From: an uncultured cyanobacterium | GTDB taxonomy: Bacteria > Cyanobacteriota > Cyanobacteriia > Cyanobacteriales > CAWUOF01 | Direction: 5' to 3' | DNA: 64,000 bases | NCBI GenBank assembly: GCA_963744145.1 | Contig: CAVUSO010000001.1 | Location: forward strand, 5,184,001-5,248,000 | Shown: positions 19,593-29,963 of the stretch, piece after piece | How positions within the stretch are numbered: position 1 is the stretch's first letter | Layout: each line of letters opens with the position of its first letter | Made by a program: the position numbers and the translations under genes | The notes under the pieces: model-generated | Told to the model about the DNA's origin: nothing | Database searches by the model: none | Seen by the model: only the letters and a program-made list of their open reading frames with translations

Positions 19593-21459
19593 CAGCAATT
19601 CTCATTTTGAAAAAAATCAGAGAAAATTCTCTTATTTAAATAGAGAACTTGTGTCGAAGCATGATTTTTTGACAGATAATTATCATCCGACGCTGAAGAT
19701 AGACAAGTTTTCAGAAATTTGTCCATGAAAAATCGATTTCAACTGATACATCCAGATGAAATTCTCACCCATTTTTTAGGTTTTTTTTGATAAAAAACTT
19801 TCCCTTCCTCTTTCAATATATTGATATTTTTCAACTAGAATTTAGTTTTTTTAATGGGACATTCTCGGTGAGAATAAATGAGAATAAATCTGACCAATTT
19901 TTGAACCATAAATATTTTAATAAGGTCCGAATATCCTTAAAGAAAGTAGTTCGAGTTACTAATAGGTCACGAACTTTTTGATAGATGTAATTAACTAAAT
20001 CCAAAACAGTATGAAATAAAAAAGCTAGTAAATTCAAAGACAATAATAACTCGCACAAATGATTTTCACCATGACCAAAGTTATGCTCTAAATTATAACC
20101 GTGATTTTTAAGAACGTTATTACTTTCATTCTCAACTTTCCATCTGCTGCGCCCAGCTTTGACAATTTCTTCAATATTATTTTCAGTGATTTTATGATTA
20201 GTGATCCAATTATTTTGGTAGATAATTTTCTGTGTTTCCTCATTAATAACAGTCACTTCGTACCAATTAACTTCGAGACTTGATTCTTCATCTTTTAAGG
20301 GAACTCTATTAGCATAGCGATAACGATACAGGAGATTTTTTCGCCCATCCCATTGGGGCTTTTTAATGGTAGTAACTTCTCCACTTTTTTCTAAAAACTC
20401 TAGCCATTCATATAAAGTTTTATGCGAAGTTTCTCGACCAACAAAAATAAAATTATATCCTTGTTTTAGAGCTAATTCACAAATAGGTTGGTGGGCATAT
20501 AAGTCATCCCCTAAAAGGGTTACAGGATAACCATATTTATTTTGATGATTCTTATTCAACCATCTTTTAACCGCCGCATTTTCACAATCTTGTTTTTGAT
20601 GACCATCCAGGTTTTTAATAAATTCTGGCGCTAAACTAATCACTTGGTTTTGATTAGGAGAAACTACAATAGGTGTAACACAGCTATGAAAATAGGTGGT
20701 AGTTCCATTGCGATGATTACGACGGTTACAATGAGGACAATTTATTTTCTGTGATGAAAAATATTCGGTGCCATCTAAAGCCATTAAAATTTCTTCATCT
20801 AAGTAGAGAAACTTTTTCAAAACTCCGTTTTTATTTAACCATTCATAGACTTCTTGAAAAGCCATAAATATAGTAGCTGCTGGCACCGGATCTAACAAAT
20901 TTCTGATTTGATTATCACAGGGAATTTTCTTAATTGAAAATAAACTTTCTGCGTTATCTTTTCCTTTATTGCTTTTCATTAACCGCTGATGGTCTAAAAA
21001 AGATGCTGACTGAGTAAAAAAGATTGAAAATGCAGCCATCACTGCATCTTCTACCTGGTATTTCGTATTATTTCCAGGTTTCCTTTCATCAGGTAAGTCA
21101 TGTAATTGTTGACGTAAAAATTCGATTAATTCAGGGATTTCTAGGGTCGCTGCTTTTTGAGCCATGTTTGAGTAATTTAACGTGCTGTCAGATTTTTAAC
21201 TCACCGATTATACCTCATCTGATCACAATTATAAATTTTTATTTTCCTTGAATTCCCTATTCTAAAAACCGAACTATCAAACTGGATTTCCCTCGTTCGT
21301 TGTCAGGCCATCCTCGATTCTATTGAGTATTTATACTTAGATATTGACCCAATTGTTTTTTAGCCATTGCCTCTGCCTGAAAAACTGGTTATTTTGTACT
21401 ATATTTTCAATTCCCAAATCGGGATTAATACTCTATTTTTTTTAAAATGAGAATTGCTG
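19593..21459 (-). mobile_element. Complete IS element (1867 bp), DDE type, family uncertain (ISNCY-like)
   Basis: 16-bp TIR CAGCAATTCTCATTTT at both ends; 9-bp TSD CTTTGATGA at 19584-19592 and 21460-21468. Confidence 0.92.
19831..21165 (-). CDS. DDE transposase
   Basis: ALDGTEYF, LGDDLY and GRSRWKVENE..NVLK motifs, inside the TIRs. Confidence 0.9.
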   Translation of the reverse strand: MAQKAATLEIPELIEFLRQQLHDLPDERKPGNNTKYQVEDAVMAAFSIFFTQSASFLDHQRLMKSNKGKDNAESLFSIKKIPCDNQIRNLLDPVPAATIFMAFQEVYEWLNKNGVLKKFLYLDEEILMALDGTEYFSSQKINCPHCNRRNHRNGTTTYFHSCVTPIVVSPNQNQVISLAPEFIKNLDGHQKQDCENAAVKRWLNKNHQNKYGYPVTLLGDDLYAHQPICELALKQGYNFIFVGRETSHKTLYEWLEFLEKSGEVTTIKKPQWDGRKNLLYRYRYANRVPLKDEESSLEVNWYEVTVINEETQKIIYQNNWITNHKITENNIEEIVKAGRSRWKVENESNNVLKNHGYNLEHNFGHGENHLCELLLSLNLLAFLFHTVLDLVNYIYQKVRDLLVTRTTFFKDIRTLLKYLWFKNWSDLFSFILTENVPLKKLNSS

Positions 21460-22108
21460 CTTTGATGATGTACAGTAAGATTTGGCGTGAATAGCGATCA
21501 GTTAAAGTCAATTGTGATTGATCTGTGTTGGTTGGGCGGGTTTATGATGTTGATCTATTTGTGTCAAAATTAACTGGTGAACCCGCCCCTACAAATCCTG
21601 GTTTATTGTGATCATATAATTCATAGACAATACATTTTTATGAGCTAATAAGGGCGGGTTCACCGATGAATTTTCACACACAAATAACTCTTGTGCCGAG
21701 CGCTTGCCCTGAGTTTATCCTGAGCGTAGCCGAAGGGCGAAGTCGAAGGGTAGTCGAGATATTGATGAACCCGCCCTGCTTGAATTTCAGATTTTTTGGT
21801 AAATCATACATAATCTGAACATTTTGATCACCTGTAGGGGCGGGTTCACCGATGAATTTGCCACATACAAATAACTCTTGTGCCGAGCGCTTGCCCTGAG
21901 CGTAGTCGAAGGGTAGTCGAGGTATTGATGAACCCGCCCTGCCCCACAGATCACCTTGATGAACTACCCCATCTGATTTCACAGACAACACTCGACTACC
22001 CCCTTCCCTTCGACTACGCTCAGGGTAAACTCAAGGCAAGCTTCGACTACGCCCTTCGGCTACGCTCAGGATAAACTCAGGGCAAGCGTTCGACACAAGC
22101 AAGTGCTA
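21460..22108. repeat. Rest of MITE/REP cluster copy 2 with nested 24-nt micro-repeats
   Basis: Colinear with 12103-12483, plus multiple CCTGAGCGTAGTCGAAGGG-type insertions. Confidence 0.8.
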
Positions 22109-22136
22109 TACTTTATCAATCGGTCAAACGCTATAT

Positions 22137-25100
22137 ATGAGCCAGTTTACCTTCCTCCAAACCGAATTCTCCGAAATTTACGAATCGGCTAACAAAGCAG
22201 TTAGTGCTGCATATCCCGATCCCCGCGCTGCTTGCTTTTATGCCCGTCGAGCCTTGGAATTAACTGTAAACTGGTTATATAAACACGATAATTCCCTAGA
22301 ACTGCCTTACCAAGACAATCTCAGCGCCCTAATTCATGAGCCCACTTTTAAAAACTTGGTAGGTGAAGCAGTATTTAATAAAGCAAGAGTCATTACTAAA
22401 CTGGGTAATCAGGCAGTCCACAGTTCCAGAGTGATCTCTGTTAATGATTCTATTAGTGCAGTCAGGGAGTTGTTTCACTTTACTTATTGGTTAGTACATA
22501 CCTACGGACGCAACACTAAACCACCATCAGGGCTAACCTTTAACCCCGACTTATTGCCCAAAACTACACCCGTACCTAAACAAACTATTGAACAACTCCA
22601 GAAACTAGAAACTCAACTGCGCGATCGCGATGAAAAACTCTCTACACTTCTAGCCGATAAAAATGCGATCGATGAGGAATTAAAGCAACTACGGACAGAA
22701 TTAGCAGCAGTTAAGAAAGCCAACGTCACCCAGCTCGATCGCCATGACTATTCTGAAGCACAAACCCGCGATCTATTTATAGACTTGTTATTAAAAGAAG
22801 CAGGATGGGCACTAGATCAACCGCGCGATCGCGAGTTTAAAGTTACAGGAATGCCCAACAAATCGGGTAAAGGTGTAATTGATTATGTTCTCTGGGGAAA
22901 TGATGGTAAACCCTTAGCAGTGATTGAAGCAAAACACGCTAAACAAGACCCAAGAGTAGGACAGCAGCAAGCAAAACTTTATGCTAATTGTCTTGAAACC
23001 CAATTTAGTCAGCGTCCCATTATTTTCTATACCAATGGTTATGAGCATTGGCTCTGGGATGACACCAATTATCCACCCCGACAAATACAAGGCTTTTACA
23101 AAAAAGCTGAATTAGAATTACTTGTACAGCGTCGTACTACTCGTAAATCCCTAGCAACAGCTACTATTAACTCACAAATTGCCGAACGTTATTATCAAAC
23201 TCGTGGTATTCGTCGCATTACTGAAGCTTTCGAGCAAGATAAAGACCGCAAAGCTCTGATTGTTATGGCTACTGGAGCAGGTAAAACTAGAACAGCGATC
23301 GCCTTAGTTGATCTGCTCATGCGTTGTAATTGGGTAAAACGGGTATTATTTTTAGCCGATCGCGTAGCCTTAGTAAATCAAGCCATTAATGTATTTAAGA
23401 AACATCTCCCTGATGCTGCTCCAGTTAACTTAGTCACCGAAAAAAATACTGAAGGACGAGTATTTGCATCTACTTATCCCACCATGATGGGGTTAATTGA
23501 TGATACCCGCGATGGTCAGCGTCGTTTTGGAGTTGGACATTTTGACCTAATTATTATCGATGAAGCTCATCGTTCAGTTTTCCAGAAATATCGTGCTATT
23601 TTTAACTATTTTGATGCTCTCTTACTCGGATTAACCGCTACACCCAAGGATGAAATAGATCGCAATACTTACGGATTGTTTGATTTAGAAAATGGAGTTC
23701 CGACCGATGCTTACCAGCTTGAAGATGCTGTAAAAGATGGCTTTTTAGTACCTCCTCAAGCTATATCTGTACCGCTAAAATTTCAACGGGAAGGAATTAG
23801 CTATAACGATCTTTCTGAAGCTGAGAAATTAGAGTGGGATACTCTAGAATGGAATGAAGAAGATCAGATACCCGATCGGGTGAAAGCTGAAGCTGTTAAT
23901 CATTGGCTATTCAATCAAGATACGGTAGACAAAGTATTAGAGCATCTGATGACTAGGGGATTAAAAGTTGCGGGTGGCGATCGCCTCGGTAAAACTATTA
24001 TCTTTGCTAAAAACCAAGATCATGCTGATTTTATTGCGGAACGATTCAATGCTAATTATCCGCATTTGAAGGGTGAATTTGCTCGGGTGATAACTTTTAG
24101 AACTACCTATTCTCAAAGTTTGATTGATAATTTTTCTAGTCAGGATAAAAATCCCCATATTGCGATCTCGGTGGATATGCTGGATACGGGGATTGATGTG
24201 CCAGAGGTAGTTAATTTAGTGCTGTTTAAACTTGTCCGCTCTAAGACTAAGTTTTGGCAGATGATGGGAAGAGGTACTAGATTATGTCCTGATCTCTTTG
24301 GATTAGGGCAAGATAAGCAATTTTTCTATCTGTTTGACTATTGCCAAAATCTGGAGTTTTTTCAGCATAATCTGAATCCTATTGATGCTCCATTAAGTAA
24401 GTCATTGGCTAAACAGTTATTTACTAAACGATTAGAATTAATTACATCGCTAGATAATACCAGCCTTCGACTACGCTCAGGCTACGTGGATAAAGTTAAT
24501 CGGTATGTGAGCGAAACCAAGGGCAAATATGATGCACCAAAGATTGATCAAGTGAATCGATGCCTGAGCGAAGTCGAAGGCACATCTAAAGAACCAAAGA
24601 CTGATGAAGAATTGCGTGATGAAGTAGCTAATTTACTTTGTAAAGAAGTTGCTGCTATGAATACCGAAAACTTCCTAGTGCGCCCAAAACGGAGATTGAT
24701 AGAAAAATACACTAATCCCGAAACCTGGCGATCGCTATCAAATGAAGATTTTACTGAACTGAGTCAAGAAGTAGCGGGTTTACCTTCCCAATTGGAAGTA
24801 GAAGCAGAAGAAATCAAGAGATTTGATGTACTGATGCTAAAGTTACAATTAGCAAATATACAGGCTAATTCTGCCTTTAAACGTTGGCAAGAACAAGTGA
24901 AATCAATAGCGGAGTTACTAGAAGAAAAATCTGCTATTCCATTAGTAAAAGAACAGTTATCTCTAATTCAGGATCTCCAAACTGATGAGTGGTGGCAAGA
25001 TGTCACATTACCCATGTTAGAAGTAGTACGCCAACGCCTAAGAGAATTAGTAAAATTTATTGAGAAACAAAAACGCCAACCTATTTATACTGACTTTGAA

Positions 25101-25628
25101 GATGTAATAGGAGATGAGGAAATAGTTGATCTACCTGGAGTTATAGGATCAGATAACTTTGAAAAATTCCGGATTAAAGCTCGTGCCTTTTTGCGATCGC
25201 ATCAGGATCATGTAGTTATTTTCAAACTAAGAACTAACAAACAACTCACTCCCTCTGATCTAGCTGAACTAGAAAAAATACTACTCGAGAACCACCTAGG
25301 TATTGAAGAGGATATAATCCGTGCTAAAGAAGAATCACAAGGATTAGGTTTATTCGTCCGCTCTTTAGTAGGATTAGATCGAGAAGTCGCCAAACAAGAA
25401 CTAGATAAGTTCATATCTGGGAAAAATCTTAACTCTAATCAAATTGAGTTTGTCAACATGATTGTAGACTACCTCACTGCACATGGTATAATGAACGGGG
25501 CAATCCTCTATGAATCTCCCTTTACCGACATTACATCATCCGGACCAGATGGATTATTTACCTCGACTCAAGTAGATGAATTGTTTTCGATACTTGAAGA
25601 AGTTTATAAAAGAGCCGCTGCATCATAA
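22137..25628 (+). CDS. hsdR: Type I R-M restriction subunit (DUF4145-like N-terminus, EcoEI-like C-terminus)
   Basis: DYVL...IEAK...QAKLYA nuclease motifs; MATGAGKT, DEAH, LTATP, QMMGRGTR. Confidence 0.95.
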   Translation: MSQFTFLQTEFSEIYESANKAVSAAYPDPRAACFYARRALELTVNWLYKHDNSLELPYQDNLSALIHEPTFKNLVGEAVFNKARVITKLGNQAVHSSRVISVNDSISAVRELFHFTYWLVHTYGRNTKPPSGLTFNPDLLPKTTPVPKQTIEQLQKLETQLRDRDEKLSTLLADKNAIDEELKQLRTELAAVKKANVTQLDRHDYSEAQTRDLFIDLLLKEAGWALDQPRDREFKVTGMPNKSGKGVIDYVLWGNDGKPLAVIEAKHAKQDPRVGQQQAKLYANCLETQFSQRPIIFYTNGYEHWLWDDTNYPPRQIQGFYKKAELELLVQRRTTRKSLATATINSQIAERYYQTRGIRRITEAFEQDKDRKALIVMATGAGKTRTAIALVDLLMRCNWVKRVLFLADRVALVNQAINVFKKHLPDAAPVNLVTEKNTEGRVFASTYPTMMGLIDDTRDGQRRFGVGHFDLIIIDEAHRSVFQKYRAIFNYFDALLLGLTATPKDEIDRNTYGLFDLENGVPTDAYQLEDAVKDGFLVPPQAISVPLKFQREGISYNDLSEAEKLEWDTLEWNEEDQIPDRVKAEAVNHWLFNQDTVDKVLEHLMTRGLKVAGGDRLGKTIIFAKNQDHADFIAERFNANYPHLKGEFARVITFRTTYSQSLIDNFSSQDKNPHIAISVDMLDTGIDVPEVVNLVLFKLVRSKTKFWQMMGRGTRLCPDLFGLGQDKQFFYLFDYCQNLEFFQHNLNPIDAPLSKSLAKQLFTKRLELITSLDNTSLRLRSGYVDKVNRYVSETKGKYDAPKIDQVNRCLSEVEGTSKEPKTDEELRDEVANLLCKEVAAMNTENFLVRPKRRLIEKYTNPETWRSLSNEDFTELSQEVAGLPSQLEVEAEEIKRFDVLMLKLQLANIQANSAFKRWQEQVKSIAELLEEKSAIPLVKEQLSLIQDLQTDEWWQDVTLPMLEVVRQRLRELVKFIEKQKRQPIYTDFEDVIGDEEIVDLPGVIGSDNFEKFRIKARAFLRSHQDHVVIFKLRTNKQLTPSDLAELEKILLENHLGIEEDIIRAKEESQGLGLFVRSLVGLDREVAKQELDKFISGKNLNSNQIEFVNMIVDYLTAHGIMNGAILYESPFTDITSSGPDGLFTSTQVDELFSILEEVYKRAAAS

Positions 25629-25701
25629 CTACTACCCATTTTTTTAAATGGCGATGTTTGGTTTGCCAAAATTGTCCCACATATTCGTAGCAGTGCCTCT
25701 G

Positions 25702-25732
25702 CGGTTGGTAAAAAAAATCTTTTTACCAACCG
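25702..25732. terminator. Hairpin between hsdR and valS
   Basis: CGGTTGGTAAAAA...TTTTTACCAACCG inverted repeat. Confidence 0.4.
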
Positions 25733-25808
25733 ATTAGCTTATGCTCATTAAAGCTCAGCCCTGTGGCAAAATCTTAAGTAAGTCTGTCTGAAATTTAGTA
25801 ATTCTTCG

Positions 25809-28544
25809 ATGACCGTAACCAAACCAACCCTTGCTAGTCAATACGACCCATTTACCACTGAAGCCAAGTGGCAAAAGTTTTGGGAAGAAAACCAGACTTT
25901 TAAAGCTAATCCAGAAAGCGGTGGTGAGCCTTACTGTATCGTCATTCCCCCCCCGAACGTCACCGGTAGCTTACACATGGGACACGCTTTGGAAATGTCC
26001 TTAATTGACGCGACGATCCGCTATCGGCGGATGCGGGGGTATAATACACTCTGCCTACCCGGAACTGACCATGCTAGTATAGCTGTCCAAACCCTGCTGG
26101 AAAAAGAATTAAAAAAACAGGGTAAAACTCGCTATGATATCGGACGAGAAAAATTTTTAGAACTGGCTTGGGACTGGAAAGCTGAATCGGGAAACACAAT
26201 TGTGAATCAGCTGCGACGTTTAGGGGTTTCCGTAGATTGGTCGCGAGAACGCTTCACTATGGATGAAGGATTATCGAAAGCAGTCTTAGAATCCTTTGTC
26301 CGTCTCTATGAAGAAGGGCTGATTTATCGTGGTGAATATTTGGTAAATTGGTGCCCAGCTTCCCAATCGGCAGTTTCAGATGTAGAAGTAGATAACCAAG
26401 AAGTTAATGGACATCTATGGCATTTACGCTATCCTCTTATTGATGGTTCAGGTCATTTAGAAGTAGCGACCACCCGACCAGAAACTATGTTAGGCGATAC
26501 AGCGATCGCTGTGCATCCAAATGACGATCGCTATCAACACTTAATTGGCAAAAAAGCCTTGTTGCCGATTATGAATCGGGAGATCATCATTATTGGTGAT
26601 GAATTAGTTGATCCCAAATTTGGCACTGGCTGTGTAAAAGTGACTCCCGCCCATGACCCGAATGATTTTGATATGGGTGTACGTCACCATTTGCCATTGA
26701 TCAATATTATGAATAAGGATGGCACTTTAAATGAAAATGCCGGGCCATTTATCGGTCAAGATCGATTTGTAGCACGTAAAAATATTGTTAAACTTCTGGA
26801 ACAAGAAGGTGTGCTAGTGAAGGTAGAAGAATATAAACATACGGTGCCCTACAGCGATCGCGGCAAAGTTCCGGTCGAACCGTTACTTTCTACCCAATGG
26901 TTTGTTAAGATCCGTCCCCTAGCCGATCAAGCCTTGCAATTTTTAGACGAACAAAATTCCCCTGTCTTTGTGCCAGAACGCTGGTCAAAAACTTATCGTG
27001 ACTGGTTAGTTAAACTAAAAGATTGGTGTATTTCTCGTCAACTCTGGTGGGGACATCAAATTCCCGCTTGGTATGTAGTCAGTGAAACTGGGGGTCAAAT
27101 TACAGAGCGCACCCCTTTTGTGGTAGCTCGCACGACCACCGAAGCTGAAGCAAAAGCTAAAGCTCAATTTGGCGAAAAGATCAAGCTCGAACAAGATCCA
27201 GATGTACTTGATACTTGGTTTTCTTCGGGCTTATGGCCATTTTCGACCTTGGGATGGCCCGAACAAACCTTAGAGCTAAAAACCTACTACCCTACTAATA
27301 CAATGGTAACAGGGTTTGACATCATCTTTTTCTGGGTAGCACGTATGACCATGATGGCTGGGCATTTTACCAAACAAATACCCTTCCAAGATGTTTATAT
27401 TCATGGATTAGTTTTGGATGAAAACGGTCAAAAAATGTCCAAAACTAAGGGGAATGGGATTGATCCCTTGGTGCTAATCGATAAGTATGGTACTGATGCG
27501 TTACGTTATACTCTAGTCAAGGAAGTAGCTGGGGCGGGTCAAGATATTCGCTTAGAATATAATCGGGAAAAGCATGAATCATTATCAGTAGAAGCAGCAA
27601 GGAATTTTACTAATAAACTCTGGAATGCGGCTCGGTTTGTGATGATGAACCTAGATGGACAAACACCGCAACAGTTAGGACAAGCGGAGCTAACCACATC
27701 TGAATTATGCGATCGCTGGATTCTGTCGCGCTATGAGCAAGTAGTACAGCAAACCTGTAAATATATTGATAATTACGGTTTAGGAGAAGCAGCGAAAGGA
27801 TTGTATGAGTTTATTTGGGGTGATTTCTGCGATTGGTACATTGAGTTGGTAAAACCACGGCTCCAATTAGAAATCTCTAGTCCATCTAGACGCTCAGTCC
27901 AGCAAATTTTAGCTGTGATTCTGGAGGGGATATTAAAACTACTCCATCCCTTCATGCCCCATATTACCGAAGAAATCTGGCAAACTCTAACCTTAGCACC
28001 TGTCGGTGCTACACTATCTCTCCAATCCTATCCCCAGGCAGAAATATCCCTCATTGATTCTGATTTAGAAGCAAAATTTCAATTCTTAATCGATCTAATT
28101 CGCACAATTCGGAATTTACGAGTGGAAGCAGAGGTAAAACCTGGGGCAAAGATCAGGCTAGTTTTGCAAACGGAAAGTGAATCAGAGCAAGAGATTATTA
28201 CCTCTGGACGGGGATACATTGAAAATCTAGTGAAAGTAGAACAATTAACGATTACTCGAATTTTAGAACCAGAAATAGAGCCGGCGATCGCTGGAGTTGT
28301 AGGTACAGTCCAAGTGTTAATTCCCCTAGCAGGAGTGGTAGATATTAGCGCAAGACGTACCAAATTAGAAAAAAGCTTGAGTAAGGTAGAAGCAGAAGCT
28401 AATACCCTTTCGAGTCGTCTGGGCAATTCCAAATTTGTGAATAATGCTCCAGTCGAGGTGGTGCAAGCAGCACAAGCTGCTCTAGTAGAAGCCCAAAAAC
28501 AGGTGGAAATTTTGCGCGAGCAACTCAGCCGATTGGCTGGTTGA
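25809..28544 (+). CDS. valS: Valine-tRNA ligase
   Basis: [31 protein letters not shown]-terminal coiled coil. Confidence 0.97.
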   Translation: MTVTKPTLASQYDPFTTEAKWQKFWEENQTFKANPESGGEPYCIVIPPPNVTGSLHMGHALEMSLIDATIRYRRMRGYNTLCLPGTDHASIAVQTLLEKELKKQGKTRYDIGREKFLELAWDWKAESGNTIVNQLRRLGVSVDWSRERFTMDEGLSKAVLESFVRLYEEGLIYRGEYLVNWCPASQSAVSDVEVDNQEVNGHLWHLRYPLIDGSGHLEVATTRPETMLGDTAIAVHPNDDRYQHLIGKKALLPIMNREIIIIGDELVDPKFGTGCVKVTPAHDPNDFDMGVRHHLPLINIMNKDGTLNENAGPFIGQDRFVARKNIVKLLEQEGVLVKVEEYKHTVPYSDRGKVPVEPLLSTQWFVKIRPLADQALQFLDEQNSPVFVPERWSKTYRDWLVKLKDWCISRQLWWGHQIPAWYVVSETGGQITERTPFVVARTTTEAEAKAKAQFGEKIKLEQDPDVLDTWFSSGLWPFSTLGWPEQTLELKTYYPTNTMVTGFDIIFFWVARMTMMAGHFTKQIPFQDVYIHGLVLDENGQKMSKTKGNGIDPLVLIDKYGTDALRYTLVKEVAGAGQDIRLEYNREKHESLSVEAARNFTNKLWNAARFVMMNLDGQTPQQLGQAELTTSELCDRWILSRYEQVVQQTCKYIDNYGLGEAAKGLYEFIWGDFCDWYIELVKPRLQLEISSPSRRSVQQILAVILEGILKLLHPFMPHITEEIWQTLTLAPVGATLSLQSYPQAEISLIDSDLEAKFQFLIDLIRTIRNLRVEAEVKPGAKIRLVLQTESESEQEIITSGRGYIENLVKVEQLTITRILEPEIEPAIAGVVGTVQVLIPLAGVVDISARRTKLEKSLSKVEAEANTLSSRLGNSKFVNNAPVEVVQAAQAALVEAQKQVEILREQLSRLAG

Positions 28545-28759
28545 TCAAGAATAGTTTACCGCCCAGATTGGTCTGATTAGTTAATTACTAATCATGATTA
28601 ACCGCAAAAGAGAGAAGCTCACATATTTAAAAAGTCAGGTTCTCTCTCGATTTCACCGCTGATTGAGCATCGTTAAAACCTAATATTTCCAACTGGAAAT
28701 AAATTATTTTAGCGATAATTCAATCCTTCCTTATACCTTAAATTCCGAGCAAAAAGGCG

Positions 28760-29434
28760 ATGTTATATTTAGCCCAGGTGCAAAAGAAAGGATTCTTAGG
28801 CAAACCTGCCGTGCGGTTGCTGGCTAGTCAAAAATCTGAAAATAACTGGGTTATTGTGACAGAGGAAAAAGTCGTTGAATGTCCACAAGCTACGACTTTT
28901 AGTGAAGGATTGCTGGTTTTAGCAGATGTTAATAATAATCGCCCAATTGTGATTAAAGATGCTACAGATTGGCTAGTGGATTTGGTAAAAAAATATCTGA
29001 CTGAAGATGCGACATCCCCTTTTTGGCAAGCTGAAAAAGAAAGAGCAGAACAATGGAGACAATCTTTAACTTTGCAAAGTCAAGATTTGGGTCGTCGTGC
29101 GATTGAAATTGAAGCACTACGGGAAAAAAATCAAGTTTTAGCAGATGAATTGAAAACTGAGAAAAAAGAAATTGATCAGATGACGCGATCGCTAAACATG
29201 AAACGTCAGGAAATAGAGCGTCTGGATGGAGAGTTCAAAGAACGAGAAAGAAAAGCGAGAGAGATTCTGAGTGCCCAAATGCAGGAAGTTAAACGTCAGA
29301 TTGAAGAAACTGAACGGTTGAGAAGTCGCAATAAACTATTAGAAGAAGAACTGCAACAATTAAAAAGTCAGCAATTAGAAAAAGTATCCAGATGGGAGCG
29401 TGAACCAGAACCACTTGATCCTTTTCAAACTTAA
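28760..29434 (+). CDS. Coiled-coil protein with HmpF-like N-terminus
   Basis: MLYLAQVQKK..LLASQ..LVL...EQWRQSLTLQSQDL.RR..EIEA pattern. Confidence 0.55.
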   Translation: MLYLAQVQKKGFLGKPAVRLLASQKSENNWVIVTEEKVVECPQATTFSEGLLVLADVNNNRPIVIKDATDWLVDLVKKYLTEDATSPFWQAEKERAEQWRQSLTLQSQDLGRRAIEIEALREKNQVLADELKTEKKEIDQMTRSLNMKRQEIERLDGEFKERERKAREILSAQMQEVKRQIEETERLRSRNKLLEEELQQLKSQQLEKVSRWEREPEPLDPFQT

Positions 29435-29566
29435 GCGTAGTTTTTACCTAATCAAGAATAGATAATCTAGAATATTAGCTGAGTTTCTAGTCATAGCAGC
29501 GAGGACAAGAATTATTGTAGGATAAAATAAACCTTAGTCTTTTCCTTAACTACGATTCACCTGAAT

Positions 29567-29941
29567 ATGATCAGCATTACATCGATAGAAATTGCTCAAT
29601 ATCGTTCTGAATTGTCCAATTATCCCCGCGCTTTACAAGCTTTGGATCTGATTGAAGATTGTGAGGGAGATTTGGAAGATGCAGCGATCGCAATGGCAAT
29701 TCAAGTGGGACAGGAACCGGATACATCTAATAATTGGTTAGAGGGATTAGCAAAAAGATGTCGGGTTGCGATTTGTGAAAAAGATTTGAGGGAAGATTTG
29801 TTAAATGGTAAATTAAGTACAGCGATCGCACATTTACAAACGACAAATCTTTGTCCTCCAATTTTAGCAACCCCTGTAGTTATTTATGCTGTTAAGACGG
29901 GAATCAATGATTTTTGTGAGCCTTTAGAGTTTAAACTGTAA
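29567..29941 (+). CDS. Conserved cyanobacterial hypothetical protein
   Basis: ALDLIEDCEGDLEDAA...ATPVVIY...FC pattern. Confidence 0.7.
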   Translation: MISITSIEIAQYRSELSNYPRALQALDLIEDCEGDLEDAAIAMAIQVGQEPDTSNNWLEGLAKRCRVAICEKDLREDLLNGKLSTAIAHLQTTNLCPPILATPVVIYAVKTGINDFCEPLEFKL

Positions 29942-29963
29942 AGACTCGCATTGTGTAGTTTTG

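Noticed and set aside
21674..22074. ORFs 21674-21991 and 21880-22074
   Set aside because: Translations of REP and micro-repeat DNA (PFDYAQG, LRLRSG, PERSRR).
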